A DNA stretch of 64,000 nt from a candidate division FCPU426 bacterium. Its GTDB lineage: Bacteria > Oederibacteriota > Muellerivitia > Muellerivitales > Muellerivitaceae. The stretch covers positions 288,001-352,000 of the forward strand of contig CAVYSE010000003.1 in NCBI GenBank assembly GCA_963771075.1. Direction: 5' to 3'. Positions 9,544 to 20,267 of the stretch are shown in pieces (within the stretch, counting starts at the first letter, position 1; the number at the start of each line of letters is the position of its first letter). The notes beneath the pieces are model-generated. The model had not been told where the DNA came from and did not search any database. It saw only the letters and a program-made list of their open reading frames with translations. Both the position numbers and the translations under genes were made by a program.

Positions 9544-11748
9544 TTATCGCGGCTCGATTCGGCGGGCGCTGACCACCCCCCGGACCCTTTGCAATTTTTT
9601 AAGCACTTTTTCCAAATGATCGAGGGAGGGGATGGCGATGAGGAAGTATCCTTGCGCCCATCCGCCTTCCAGCGCCCTGGCGTTCGCCTCGTTGATGATC
9701 ATGCCCTCCTCGGAGATGGCCAAAAGAATGTCCGCCAGCAGTTTTTCCCGGTTCTTCGCCTTCACTTCCAGCGCCACCTCGTAAACCTGGTTGGCGTCCC
9801 CTTCCCAGTTCACGGGAATCATGCGGTTCTCCCCCTCGGGCAGCTGGAGGGTATTGGGGCAGTCGGTGCGGTGGATGGAAATGCCGCGGCCCCGGGTGAT
9901 GTAACCCACGATCGCGTCGCCCGGAACAGGGGTACAGCAACGGGCGAAGCGGATGAGGTAATCCTGGTGCCCGCCCACGGTGATGCCCTTCAGGCCCGAG
10001 ATGGGAGCCTCGGTCGGCGTCAGCAGGGGCTTGAAGGGCTTGGCTTCCGGGGCCTTGGGCTCTATCTTTTCGGGCTTCGCGGTAGGCGATTCCGCCTCAT
10101 TCTTGGCGACCAGGCGGTTCAATAGCGTCTTGGGGGAAGTTTCCCCATGGCCGATATTGGCCAAAAGCTCGTTCAGGGAATGGCAGTTCAAGGATTCAAA
10201 AAACGGGTCCAGGGTGCCCGTCTTGAACACATCGACCGGGTCCAGACCCATACGCACCGCTTCCCGCTCCACCATGTGCCGGCCCTTGTCGATTTCCTCG
10301 GCCGAAAGGTGGTTTCGGAACCAGTGGCGTATCTTATTCTTCGCGCGGCTGGTGGTGACGATCTTGAGCCAGTCCCGGCTGGGGGTGCGGGAGGACTGGG
10401 TGAGCACCTCCACGATGTCGCCGTTCTTTAATACGGAACGGAGGGGCACCATCTGCCCGTTCACCTTCACGCCCATGCAATGGGTCCCCAAGTCGGTGTG
10501 GACGCAATAGGCGAAATCCAGGGCGGTTGCGCCCTTGGGCAGTTCCTTCACCTCGCCCGTGGGGGTGAAGACGAAGACCTCGTCGTCGAACAGGTCCACC
10601 TTCATGGCCTCGGCGAAATCGGTGGTGTCCTTGATGTCCTGCTGGAGGTCCAGGAGCTGGCGCATCCAGGCGAATTTCTCGTCCTCCTTCTCGACGGACC
10701 GCCCTTCCTTGTAGATCCAGTGGGCGGCGATGCCCTCCTCCGCGGTTCGGTGCATCTCGAAGGTGCGGATCTGGATTTCCAGGGGCTGGCCCGCGGGCCC
10801 CATCACGGTGGTGTGAAGGCTCTGGTACATGTTGTTCTTCGGCATGGCCACGTAGTCCTTGAAGCGGCCGGGCAGGGGCTTCCAGATGGTGTGGACCATC
10901 CCCAGGATCTCGTAGCATTCCTTCACCGTGTTGGTGAGAACCCGCATGGCCATCAGGTCGTAGATCTCGTCGAAGTCCTTTTTCTGCTGGACCATCTTCT
11001 GGTAGATGCTGGAGAAATGCTTGGACCTTCCCTGGACCTGGGCGATGATGCCGGCTTCCTTCATCCTTTGTTCCAGCTGGGTCTTGATGCCCGCCAGCAT
11101 TTCATCCCGCTCGGCCTTTTTCATGGCCACTTTTTTCACCAGCTCACGGTAATCTTCCGGCTGGAGGGTGCGCATGCAAAGGTCCTCCAACTCACTCTTG
11201 ATCTTGGAGATGCCCAGCCGGTGGGCCAGCGGGGCGTAAAGCTCCAGGGTTTCCCGGGCCATCTTTTCCTGCCGTTCGACGGGCAGGTACTCCAGGGTGC
11301 GCATGTTGTGGGTCCGGTCGGCCAGCTTGATGAGGATGACCCGCACGTCCTTGGCCATGGCCACCATCATCTTGCGGGTGGATTCGGCGTGGCGGAGGGT
11401 GGAATCCTGGAATTTGCGCTTGGTGATCTTGGTGACCCCGTCCACCAGGTTGGCGATCTCCTCGCCAAACTCGGTTTTCAATTGATCCAGGGTGACGGGG
11501 GTATCTTCCAGGATGTCGTGCAAAAGGCCTGCGGCGATGGTCACCGAATCCATGTGAAGGTCGGCCAGGATATCGGCCACCCCGACCAGGTGGGTCAAGT
11601 AGGCGTCCCCGGAAAGGCGTTGCTGTCCCTCATGGGCCTTCTGGGCGAATTCATAAGCCTTTTGAATGAGGGGGCGGTTGAGGGTGGTTTCGAGCACAGG
11701 GGTTCCCGGACCGGAAGATGACTTGTCGAGCAGCGCCTGAATCCCCAT
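9544..11748 (-). CDS. rel: Bifunctional (p)ppGpp synthetase/hydrolase (long RSH, Rel/SpoT)
   Basis: Intact HD motif (LLHDILED), IKLADRTHN, RFKDY, YQSLHT, EIQIRT, TGS (DFAY..HT), ZFD (RCC.PVPGD) and ACT domains. Confidence 0.97.
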   Translation of the reverse strand: MGIQALLDKSSSGPGTPVLETTLNRPLIQKAYEFAQKAHEGQQRLSGDAYLTHLVGVADILADLHMDSVTIAAGLLHDILEDTPVTLDQLKTEFGEEIANLVDGVTKITKRKFQDSTLRHAESTRKMMVAMAKDVRVILIKLADRTHNMRTLEYLPVERQEKMARETLELYAPLAHRLGISKIKSELEDLCMRTLQPEDYRELVKKVAMKKAERDEMLAGIKTQLEQRMKEAGIIAQVQGRSKHFSSIYQKMVQQKKDFDEIYDLMAMRVLTNTVKECYEILGMVHTIWKPLPGRFKDYVAMPKNNMYQSLHTTVMGPAGQPLEIQIRTFEMHRTAEEGIAAHWIYKEGRSVEKEDEKFAWMRQLLDLQQDIKDTTDFAEAMKVDLFDDEVFVFTPTGEVKELPKGATALDFAYCVHTDLGTHCMGVKVNGQMVPLRSVLKNGDIVEVLTQSSRTPSRDWLKIVTTSRAKNKIRHWFRNHLSAEEIDKGRHMVEREAVRMGLDPVDVFKTGTLDPFFESLNCHSLNELLANIGHGETSPKTLLNRLVAKNEAESPTAKPEKIEPKAPEAKPFKPLLTPTEAPISGLKGITVGGHQDYLIRFARCCTPVPGDAIVGYITRGRGISIHRTDCPNTLQLPEGENRMIPVNWEGDANQVYEVALEVKAKNREKLLADILLAISEEGMIINEANARALEGGWAQGYFLIAIPSLDHLEKVLKKLQRVRGVVSARRIEPR

Positions 11749-12184
11749 TGAGAACCTCGTTTGAACAATACCAATGCCAATGATTTAACGTTACCTTAAC
11801 ACCGGGGCACCCTGAAGAAAAGGGGGGCTATTTAGAAGTTAGAGAGGAGTTCAAAGACTTTTAAGGGAATTAGGAAAAAAGGGATTAGCGTCGACGTGGT
11901 CACAATCAGGTTTTTATTCGAGGTGAAGCTAGGCGAAGTGGACAAACCATTTCCAAACAAAAAATGAGTGTCTGGCTTAAAGATTGTTCTTTAGGAGCCT
12001 TTTGGTAAACCTCTTGTCTTCCTTCAACCAATGAAGCCTGAACAACCATCTAGGGCCAGACTCCTCGGCTCCTCTGAATTGGATTATGTGATTCGTCTGG
12101 ATGGTTCTGCTGCTCGTCCATGTTATGCCTCCTGTCGGGCCTTACAGCCCGCTCTGGGAGGCGGTAAACTATCTCAGCTTGGTG

Positions 12185-12322
12185 CTAAAATACGGAAAGA
12201 CTTTTGTTACACCTTACAAACATAGGCCAGTCATCGGTGGCATGAAGATTTCCAATATCGGTTAAAACAAAAAATATCATCAAAAATAGAAATTTTTTAG
12301 GTAAGGTTTTTAAGAGTCGCAT
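12185..12322 (-). pseudogene. Truncated 5' end of a secreted PQQ-type beta-propeller gene (signal peptide + ATDDWPMF)
   Basis: MRLLKTLPKKFLFLMIFFVLTDIGNLHATDDWPMF then unrelated sequence to a stop; compare ATADEWPMF in the 53269 gene. Confidence 0.55.
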
Positions 12323-12363
12323 ACCCAAATTCAAACCCTTTCAACATAATCAGTGATAATCCG

Positions 12364-12645
12364 TTAATTTCTTTTTTTCTCTTCGATTAAACCTAGTGTG
12401 AATTTAGTTACAAAATAAATAAAACCCATACACAAAACCATAAAACTCATTCCAAACAAAATAACTACAAGATCAAAAACAACACCCCCCAGAATAGAAA
12501 CGTTCGTTAAATGATGCACATATACATAATGAATTGGTATTAAAGCGCCAACAAAACCAACCGCAATACTTGATAAAAGGAAAAAAACCAAATAGATCTT
12601 ATTAGTTCTTATGTCGGTTAAAGTTTTGTCAGTCAACTCTTGCAT
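12364..12645 (-). CDS. AT-rich small membrane protein (93 aa, 2 TM); immunity-protein-like orphan
   Basis: GGAG SD, two long hydrophobic helices, GC content far below the flanking genes. Confidence 0.7.
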   Translation of the reverse strand: MQELTDKTLTDIRTNKIYLVFFLLSSIAVGFVGALIPIHYVYVHHLTNVSILGGVVFDLVVILFGMSFMVLCMGFIYFVTKFTLGLIEEKKRN

Positions 12646-12688
12646 TTAATCTCCAAGTCGAGAAATTTAAAATTTATCCGTTGAGTTT

Positions 12689-12838
12689 TCAGTTTCCACA
12701 ACTACTCTTATTACTCGAAACGTCGTTTAAAAGATTACCCGCTAATCCAAGCCCTCCAAAACTGCCCGAACTACTTGTGTAGTGTTCACAAAATATCTTC
12801 CCGAATTTTTGGTACCAGCTTGAAGAAAAACTTAGGGG
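12689..12838 (-). pseudogene. Start-less C-terminal gene remnant (49 aa), possible toxin tip
   Basis: PLSFSSSWYQKFGKIFCEHYTSSSGSFGGLGLAGNLLNDVSSNKSSCGN*; the frame opens exactly at a GGGGTCAG motif (12835-12842). Confidence 0.35.
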
Positions 12839-13014
12839 TCAGAGCCCATAGATTCCAGCTTAGGCTTTAAGACGCCCGCTCCACTAGCAACGCCTTCCAA
12901 TCCGTATTATTTCATCGGGATTTGAACTCGAATTTCGTCGATCGATCCTTGTTATACCCCACCCGCTCACAGAGAAAACTCTGGGGGCTGGCCGGAGAGG
13001 GCCAACCCTGCTTC

Positions 13015-14904
13015 TTATATCTTCACGCCCACCGATTTCAAATAACCCGCCACCTGGGCGTCATTGGGGTTGAGGCTATAGGCCTTCTTCCAGGCCGTAA
13101 TGGCGTCGGCCTTATGACCTGATTTCACATAGCAAACCCCCAGGTTCACATAGACCGATTCCACATTGGGGGCGTAGGGCAGATACCGCTCAAAATTGGC
13201 CGCCGCCTGCTCGTAACGGTTCAGGGTGAAATAGCAAATCCCTTCCAGCCAAAGGCTGGCGGAATAATTCGGCGCCATGGCCAAATTCTTTTGGCAAGTG
13301 CACAAAGCCTCTTCCGTCCGGCCCAACATCAATTGATCCTGGGCCATGGCATAGTAGGCTTCCACGGCGTTGGGATTGATGGCTATTTCCTTGTCATAGG
13401 CCGATAAAGCTTCCTCCAATTGCTTGTTCAGTTCCCTGGCCTTCGCGACCGCATCCCAGGCTTTGGGATCGGTGGCCGCTAACGCGGCCAAACGATTGGC
13501 GTATTGAAGGGCATTGCCGGGCTTATTAAGATTGGTTTCCCCAAGGGTGTCTCTCAAGGCGATGGAAGCGGCCATGGTTTTCGCCCCAAAGACGCCCAAC
13601 AGCAACAACCCAACGCTTAGAAGCGCGAGATGGGCCGCACCCACCCGGTTCGATTTCACCAAATGGGGCTGGCGGAAACCCAAAACAAGGGGCGACGCCA
13701 AGAAAAAGCCCAACAAAACTCCGGTCGGGATAACTTGAAAGGGGAAATTCGTGACCGCTTGGCCCAACAAACCGGCCAAGGAGGCAAGGACACCCAAAAG
13801 GAGTTCTTTGGAAGCGATCGGGATATCAGGATGCTTCAATAGTTTCAAAACCAGCCATAAATAAACCAGTAAAACCAAAAGAAAAAGGGCTAGACCCACC
13901 CATCCCCCCTCCACGGCAATCTGCAAAAACTCATTATGCATATGCTCGGTCAAAACGAAGGGATGGTTGGGCAAATCCGCGGGAGCATAGGCCTTCCACT
14001 GATAGAGGGCGAAATCCCGCCCCAATTGGCCGAGACCGATTCCGTTGATGGGATGTTCCTTGATCATTTCCATCCCAACCCGGTAAGTTTGAAGACGTTG
14101 TTGAATGGAGGCTTGACCCCATTCAAAGGCGTTCCACCCGCCGTACCGAAGCCAAAAGGCCACTGCCCCCGCTACTAAAACCGCAAGGACAATCCAAAGA
14201 GTCTTTTTGTTTTTTTTGACCAATTCCCTTCCCCAGGGCATGAATAGACCCAGCGATAAAACGAGAAGAGCGATGATTAAGGCAAGGAGGGCCCCGCGAA
14301 CCCGGGTCATGAGTAATCCGGCGAATAAAAGGAAGGTGATGGCCCTGAAACCGACCCAAGCCCTTTGGCCGGAGGACCGCATGGTCAAAACCAAAGACAG
14401 GGGAAGCAAAGCCACCAGGTAACCAGCCAGATAATCGGGATTGCCCAGGGTACCGAAGGCCCGGCGTTCAAAATGGGTATCCCAATGGGTGGCGTCCGCC
14501 CCCACCGTTTGGGAAATGCCGTATGCCGCCGCGATCACCCCCGCCGCCAGGACCCCATGAAGCATTTTTTCGTAGGAGACGCCTTTCTCGGCAGCCATGA
14601 TCACTCCGAGAAAGGTTAAAAAGATAACCCATAGGTAGGCGGATCCGCCAATGACGGACCAAGGATCGCTCGCGATGAGGAAACCATCCCCGATCATCCA
14701 AAGGCAAAAGAAGGCCAATAGGTAAACGAGGGTTTTTTTAGCCAGCGCGTGGGTGTGAAGGGTTAACCCTAATAATAAAAAACCCGCTCCAATCGCGACT
14801 ATTTCCTTGGGAAGGACAAAGCCATCGGCGCTTCGGTTGAAAAAGGCCAGCGGCACCCAAAATAGAAGAAGGCCGATGGATACCCGGCCCAAACGATCAA
14901 TCAT
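13015..14904 (-). CDS. O-antigen ligase family (Wzy_C/WaaL-like) membrane protein with C-terminal TPRs
   Basis: RAFGTLGNPDYLAG, TRVRGA, GIGLG, HMHNEFLQ motifs; TPR-like C-terminus. Confidence 0.9.
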   Translation of the reverse strand: MIDRLGRVSIGLLLFWVPLAFFNRSADGFVLPKEIVAIGAGFLLLGLTLHTHALAKKTLVYLLAFFCLWMIGDGFLIASDPWSVIGGSAYLWVIFLTFLGVIMAAEKGVSYEKMLHGVLAAGVIAAAYGISQTVGADATHWDTHFERRAFGTLGNPDYLAGYLVALLPLSLVLTMRSSGQRAWVGFRAITFLLFAGLLMTRVRGALLALIIALLVLSLGLFMPWGRELVKKNKKTLWIVLAVLVAGAVAFWLRYGGWNAFEWGQASIQQRLQTYRVGMEMIKEHPINGIGLGQLGRDFALYQWKAYAPADLPNHPFVLTEHMHNEFLQIAVEGGWVGLALFLLVLLVYLWLVLKLLKHPDIPIASKELLLGVLASLAGLLGQAVTNFPFQVIPTGVLLGFFLASPLVLGFRQPHLVKSNRVGAAHLALLSVGLLLLGVFGAKTMAASIALRDTLGETNLNKPGNALQYANRLAALAATDPKAWDAVAKARELNKQLEEALSAYDKEIAINPNAVEAYYAMAQDQLMLGRTEEALCTCQKNLAMAPNYSASLWLEGICYFTLNRYEQAAANFERYLPYAPNVESVYVNLGVCYVKSGHKADAITAWKKAYSLNPNDAQVAGYLKSVGVKI

Positions 14905-14957
14905 TGACTTGTTCTCCCTTAAAAAAATCGTAACTGCTCAGCGCAGCTTAAAAAACA

Positions 14958-15145
14958 TCCAACACAAAGATACGAAGACACCCCCATATGATTCACCGTG
15001 AATCATATGGGGTAGTACCGCCATCATTAAACCAATCAAATGGAGGGGCGGCACACAAAGGGCAGCAAAAGAAGAATAAATACCTAAAAAATCTAAAACC
15101 AGGGCCCTTTTTGCCTTTCTTCGTGGCTTTGTGGCTTCGTGTTGG
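14958..15145. repeat. REP/REPIN-like inverted repeat
   Basis: CCAACACAAAGATACGAAGACAC ... CTTCGTGGCTTTGTGGCTTCGTGTTGG, with internal hairpin CCCCATATGATTCAC-C-GTGAATCATATGGGG. Confidence 0.6.
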
Positions 15146-15187
15146 CTGTGGGTTTGCCGGGCCTGAACTATTACAAATTTTATTTTA

Positions 15188-15412
15188 TTACTTTCGGTGT
15201 CGGGATTTCTTGCCCGGATGATCCGGGATGCCGCTTTTTTTCTTCGCCCAAAATCTTCGTGGAAAATCCGCGGCAATGATTAAAAAAGCCCCGACGCAAA
15301 AGATAAACACCCTCCAGAAGGGGCTGGCCTGCCCCCCAAAAACAAGGGACCCCATTACCACCAGGACTCCTGAAACCGAAATCGCGGTTCCCACTATTTT
15401 CGTATTTTCCAC
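15188..15412 (-). CDS. Small hypothetical membrane protein
   Basis: 74 aa, GAGGGG SD, 2 hydrophobic segments, basic tail. Confidence 0.5.
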   Translation of the reverse strand: MENTKIVGTAISVSGVLVVMGSLVFGGQASPFWRVFIFCVGAFLIIAADFPRRFWAKKKSGIPDHPGKKSRHRK

Positions 15413-15592
15413 GATACCCCTCTTGGAACATGGATGAGCTTACCGATTCAACGATGTCTTTTTAAACCCTATTCTACTTCCCCGGCTTTTGTTCCATCTC
15501 CCTTAATTGGGCCTGCCAAAGTGGATGCCATCCTGACGTTGTGCATCGCGCATAAAGGCCGTGGCGCCCAAAAAAACAGAGAGTCCCGTTTA

Positions 15593-17797
15593 TCAGAGCT
15601 TGGAAAGCGGCTTGAAACAAAGAAAAAGATCCACCACGCGGCCCTTTTCAGTAAGTGGTTCGAACGAAATCCGGTAAATTCCTCCCAAGGGGGTCAACTC
15701 CATCAGGCGGGTATGGCGCTGGATATAATCATCCAGCCGTTTCCACTCTCCCCCGCTCAAGGGGTACTGGGAATATTCTTCCGAAAGACGAATCCCCTCC
15801 TCTCTCAAGACCACCAGTCCTTCCACCCCCATTTCCTTGAGAGCCAACGCGATTCCATCCCCATCCCGTCTTTTCCGGGCTAAACCTGCCATCACTTGGA
15901 CGTCAAAAACACTGTTGGTAATGACGGGCGGGGAGTAATAGAGTCCCCGAGCGTCTCCCGCCACCAGACATTTCTCATCCGGATTAAACCAACCGGCGCA
16001 ATCCTGGGCCAGGGGGTAATAGGTGGCGGTCTGCCCGCACTGGCTTAAATAGTCCTCGCGGTTTTCGGCGCCTCCCCAAACCCTTCCATCACCGTAATAG
16101 AGGACGCCCACCCGCATCATCTGGAGGAAATTCAAAATAAAGAAGACCAGCACAGCCACCTTCCAAGCCCGGCGGAAATTTTTATCCAGGAACCGCCCGG
16201 CGAAAAGACTCATGCCCACGAAACAAGGCATCAGCGCCGCCAACCCAAGCCGGACCAGGTGCGTCACGCAAAGCCCACCAATCAGGGATATCCCCCCTGC
16301 CGCCAATAACTTCAAGGTTTGCCCCTTGGTCCCCTTTCCCAGGAAAAGCAGGGGGAAAAACGAGAAAAGAACCGGAGCAATAGTCCCACCCAGGTCCCGG
16401 GTGAATATTCTTTGGACCCAAAGGGTCCAAGTCTCCCCCGGAGCGAAGGCTTCGACATGGTCGCGCATGAGCTGGGCCATCCGCTCCGGCGGCAGGCCGT
16501 GGCCCCCAAACCAGGACCCTAAATAGGGATAAAGGGGGTTGGCGGTATAGGCCCAGTTCTTGATAAGCCAAGGCAGGAATAAAATAAGAGGCGGAACCAG
16601 CAAGCCCAGGACAACGGATAGTTTTTTTTCACGTTGCCCAAGAAGCCCCGGCCCCCAAACCAGAAGACCGGTCCCAATCCCCAACAGGGCCGTGTATTTC
16701 ACCGCGAGAGCCGCGCCCGCCATGATCCCCGCCCGCCAAAACCAGGATTTTCCCCCCGTTTTCACCGAGGAACACGCGCGACCCAGGCAGTAATAAAAGA
16801 GCAGGATGAAAAGCGCCTGCAAGAGATCCACCCGTGTAGTCCAAGCCCCCGTCACGGCCAAGGGGAAACCCAAGACCAATCCGGCCGCGAGGAACGCGGA
16901 ATTTTTCCCGCTTTCCTCCCAAGCCCATCCGCCTGACGCCAGGGCCAGGAGAACCAGGATGAACGCGTTCAACCCCTTCACGGCTTCCCCCGATCCCCAA
17001 AGGAAAGCCCCCAGAAAATCCATCTCTCCCCCGAATGGGAAAGCGGCGTAAAGGTTGGTGGAAAGGTTGGAGATGCCATGGGTCTGGGTCCAATCATTTA
17101 AAGTGGAAAGGTGGTAAACCAGGCTGTCGTAATAAACATCCGGCAGGGCGGCTTGGCCCAGGGATAGAAAGACCGCCAGAAGGCAGAGCCCCCCAAGTAT
17201 CAGGTTGTAAACGAGGGATAGGTCGAGGTGAGTAAAGGCATTTCGTTTGACCCTTTTCCCAAGAATCAGGGTTTTCTCTTTGTCTCTTACACTGCCCATA
17301 AGGTTCGGTCCCAATGGGCTCAGTGTTGAATGATGCGTTAGTTCACTTCGTAAAATTTGCGCGGCATCCCAAAGGGCCAACCCCAGGGCCGACAGAGCGA
17401 TGGGAAAAATCATTTCCTCCCGCCAAAGCCTGTTCAAACCCCAACCCATCCAGAAAAGCTGGACCCCCGCCAAACCCAAGGCGGTTTCCAGGATTGGAAC
17501 CATGGGCCCGGTTCCGGGCAGCCCCAGGATCCTGCCCAACCTGCGGCCCCAGGCCCAAAAAACCACGATGAAAGCCAAATCCAACAGAAGGGTTTTCAGG
17601 AGGGAAAGAAAAACCGAAAGCGCCACAACCAAACGGGCATCGCACAAATCCTTCCGGATCGTTTCCCAAAAACCTTGTCCCAGCAAGGACTCGTGCCCGA
17701 AATAATGGTAGGTCAGCCAAACCGCCCAGACGACCCATAGGGTCTGGAAAAGCCATTGGGTCTTGCGCGTTAAGCGGGGGGGTGAGGTTGCAATCAT
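15593..17797 (-). CDS. Polytopic GT-C-fold glycosyltransferase-like membrane protein
   Basis: PDVYYDSLVYHL, AVKYTA, PWLIKNWAYTANPLYP; paralog of the upstream gene. Confidence 0.8.
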   Translation of the reverse strand: MIATSPPRLTRKTQWLFQTLWVVWAVWLTYHYFGHESLLGQGFWETIRKDLCDARLVVALSVFLSLLKTLLLDLAFIVVFWAWGRRLGRILGLPGTGPMVPILETALGLAGVQLFWMGWGLNRLWREEMIFPIALSALGLALWDAAQILRSELTHHSTLSPLGPNLMGSVRDKEKTLILGKRVKRNAFTHLDLSLVYNLILGGLCLLAVFLSLGQAALPDVYYDSLVYHLSTLNDWTQTHGISNLSTNLYAAFPFGGEMDFLGAFLWGSGEAVKGLNAFILVLLALASGGWAWEESGKNSAFLAAGLVLGFPLAVTGAWTTRVDLLQALFILLFYYCLGRACSSVKTGGKSWFWRAGIMAGAALAVKYTALLGIGTGLLVWGPGLLGQREKKLSVVLGLLVPPLILFLPWLIKNWAYTANPLYPYLGSWFGGHGLPPERMAQLMRDHVEAFAPGETWTLWVQRIFTRDLGGTIAPVLFSFFPLLFLGKGTKGQTLKLLAAGGISLIGGLCVTHLVRLGLAALMPCFVGMSLFAGRFLDKNFRRAWKVAVLVFFILNFLQMMRVGVLYYGDGRVWGGAENREDYLSQCGQTATYYPLAQDCAGWFNPDEKCLVAGDARGLYYSPPVITNSVFDVQVMAGLARKRRDGDGIALALKEMGVEGLVVLREEGIRLSEEYSQYPLSGGEWKRLDDYIQRHTRLMELTPLGGIYRISFEPLTEKGRVVDLFLCFKPLSKL

Positions 17798-17939
17798 GAA
17801 CTTATTGTAAGAGAGGAAGAAATCAATGGCTTCGGGAATAATCGCTTGAGCCTGTGTTTGAATAGAAGGCCAGGCATCCCAAGGACTGCCATTCAGGACA
17901 AGATGGGGAAAGGTTCCCGGCGGTTGGAAGGGGAAACAC

Positions 17940-20104
17940 TCAAGGTTTCGCCTCCACGGTCTTGATCAACCCCGACTTAGGGTCCAAAAAGAGAAAGGGA
18001 TCGACCGGGGCCCTTACCGGTTCGGGCTTTAATTCATCCTTCACCCAATAGGCCTGAAGGGAAGGGCGGATATATAACGGCTTCAACCCCTCCCTGAAAA
18101 GAAGGTCCACTTTGGCCCATTCATCGGGTTTTAATGAATAGAGGCCATATTGCCGGCTCAATCGAATCCCCTCCGGCAGGTTCATGACCACCGCTTTCAC
18201 CCCGGCTTCCTTCAATCTCCTGAGGATGCCCTGGGCGTCCTTTTCCTCCCTCGCGGCGGCCTCCAAAAAGGGCGTGTCAAAGGCCGAATTGGCCAGGAAA
18301 GGCCGGGAATAAGCGAGCCCCCTCGCGTCGCCCACCACTAACACCCCGGCGTCCGCAGGAAGATTCCCGCACCATCGGGCCAGCGGCTCGTAGGAATTTT
18401 CCATCACCCGGTCCAGGTAGGTTTCCCGGTTTTCCCTTCCCGACCAAACCCCCGCCCCGTCGAAAAAGCGCGCGCTCATGAGGATATGCGGTCCAAGGTT
18501 CAGGAAGGCCGAAAGTCCCAGCGCGGCCCAGGCCGTTTTTTTCACCCCCGCGCCGGATTGGGCCACGGCCTTTCCCACCAGCATGAACAACAGCAGGAAA
18601 CCCGGCATCAGGAACCTCAGCATGTGGGTGGTACAAAGTCCAAGGACCAGGTAAACCGCGGTCAACCTGGCCAGGCCCCTCCAACGGTCATCCAGCCTTT
18701 TCATAAAAAATATCAGCGGAAGAAAACCGAGAACCAAGGGGCCCACAAATTGGGTGTCCCCAGTCATCGGCATCGTCAAGCGCCAGGGGAGGGTCAACAG
18801 GGAAAGAAGCCCCTGGTCCATCGGAAGGAATTGGCGGTTCTCTCCCAGGAGCCGCGCGTAATGCTCAGGCGTCAAGGACCTACCGCCGAATAGCTCCGAG
18901 GCGTAGGGAAAGATCGGGTTCCCCGCGAAGGCCCAATTCTTGAGGAGCCAGGGGCCGGCGAAGATCGAGAACCCCAACGTCGCGTAAACCCAATGGCGCG
19001 GTCGGAAAAACCAACGGGCCCCCCGGGCGTAGAGAAGGATGGGCGAGACCGCCGCCATGGCCAGGAGGGCCGTAGGCTTCACCCCGACCGCCGCCCCGGC
19101 AAGACAACAGGCGAGTAAAACCCAAGCCTCCTCCCCTTGGCTTCTTTCAAAAGGCCGCTTGAACGGGAGAACATGGGAGAGCGAATAAAAGAACAAGAGG
19201 GTAAGAAGGGACACTAACCCGTCCACCCGAGCCGCCCAGGAATTAACGAAGAGCAGGGGAAAGGTGAGGGTCCAAAAGGCCGCGAAGAGCGCGCCTTCAC
19301 CCTCGCCCCATTCCTTCATCCAGGCCCAGACCACTCCCACGCAAAGTACGAGAAGAAGCGCGTTGAGCATTTTCGCGCCCTCCGACCCTCCGGCGACCAG
19401 GCCATTCATGAAAAGAGGGAACCTCCATGAAAATAACCCGACAGCATCTGCGTGGGGAGGTCGCAGATGCCGTGGCGGTTCAACCAGGCCTGGGGCATTC
19501 CGAGAAAATAGTTGAGTGAATCATAAAAAGTCTCAGGCAGTAGGTCTTGCCCGACCAAGAAGGCCAGGTAAAGGAAAGTCAAAATACCAAACAAAAGGTG
19601 CGGGATACTCCATCGGTGCCGTGGAACCTCCAGGCGGACCCTTCGCGGGTCCGCTCGGAGGTCCCAGATCACCCAGATACCGGCCAAAAGGGTCCAGAGA
19701 CCCCACAAACTTGGAAACCATAAACCCGTCAGCCCCAAGCCCATCCAAAGGGTGTTGAGCGCCAGGAGCCCAAGGGAAAAATCCAGGAACAATTCCATGA
19801 AGCCGGCCCTTACGGACCTTTTAAAAAATAAACGTATTTTCTTCCCCGTCCGCCAAGCGAGAAGGAAGGTCCAAAGACATACAAAAAGAGCCTTCCCAAA
19901 AACCAGCCAATTGTGAATCTTTTCCGGGAATGGATTGTCAGGAAATCGCCCTAAAGAAAGCCAAGTTTTGAACAAGGGAATCGGATTTTCCAGGACCGAA
20001 TAAAAACAATACAACAAGAACAGATTCCAAAAACCAAACAAAAACAAAGCCGCCAAAGCGGGACTTTTGTTAAAACGGTCGGTGGAATTAACTTTTGGTT
20101 CCAT
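17940..20104 (-). CDS. Polytopic GT-C-fold glycosyltransferase-like membrane protein (frameshift near 19406)
   Basis: ORFs 19406-20104 (PETFYDSLNYFL) and 17940-19409 (GVKPTA, PWLLKNWAFAGNPIFP) are colinear with the 15593 paralog. Confidence 0.8.
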
Positions 20105-20219
20105 AGATTGATAACATGGAGGTTATTCCATTTCCTTGAGGTATGCCAGGCAATGGTTTCCCAAAAAAACCACTGAATCCTTGGGTTTTTTGAGCGTGAA
20201 AAAACAAAAAAGGGGGGGC

Positions 20220-20253
20220 AAAAAAAAAGCACCCCGCTTACACAGGGTGCTTC
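20220..20253 (-). terminator. Intrinsic terminator after the HU gene
   Basis: Minus strand AAGCACCC-TGTGTAAGCG-GGGTGCTTTTTTTTT. Confidence 0.8.
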
Positions 20254-20267
20254 AAGAAAGGTTCAAA

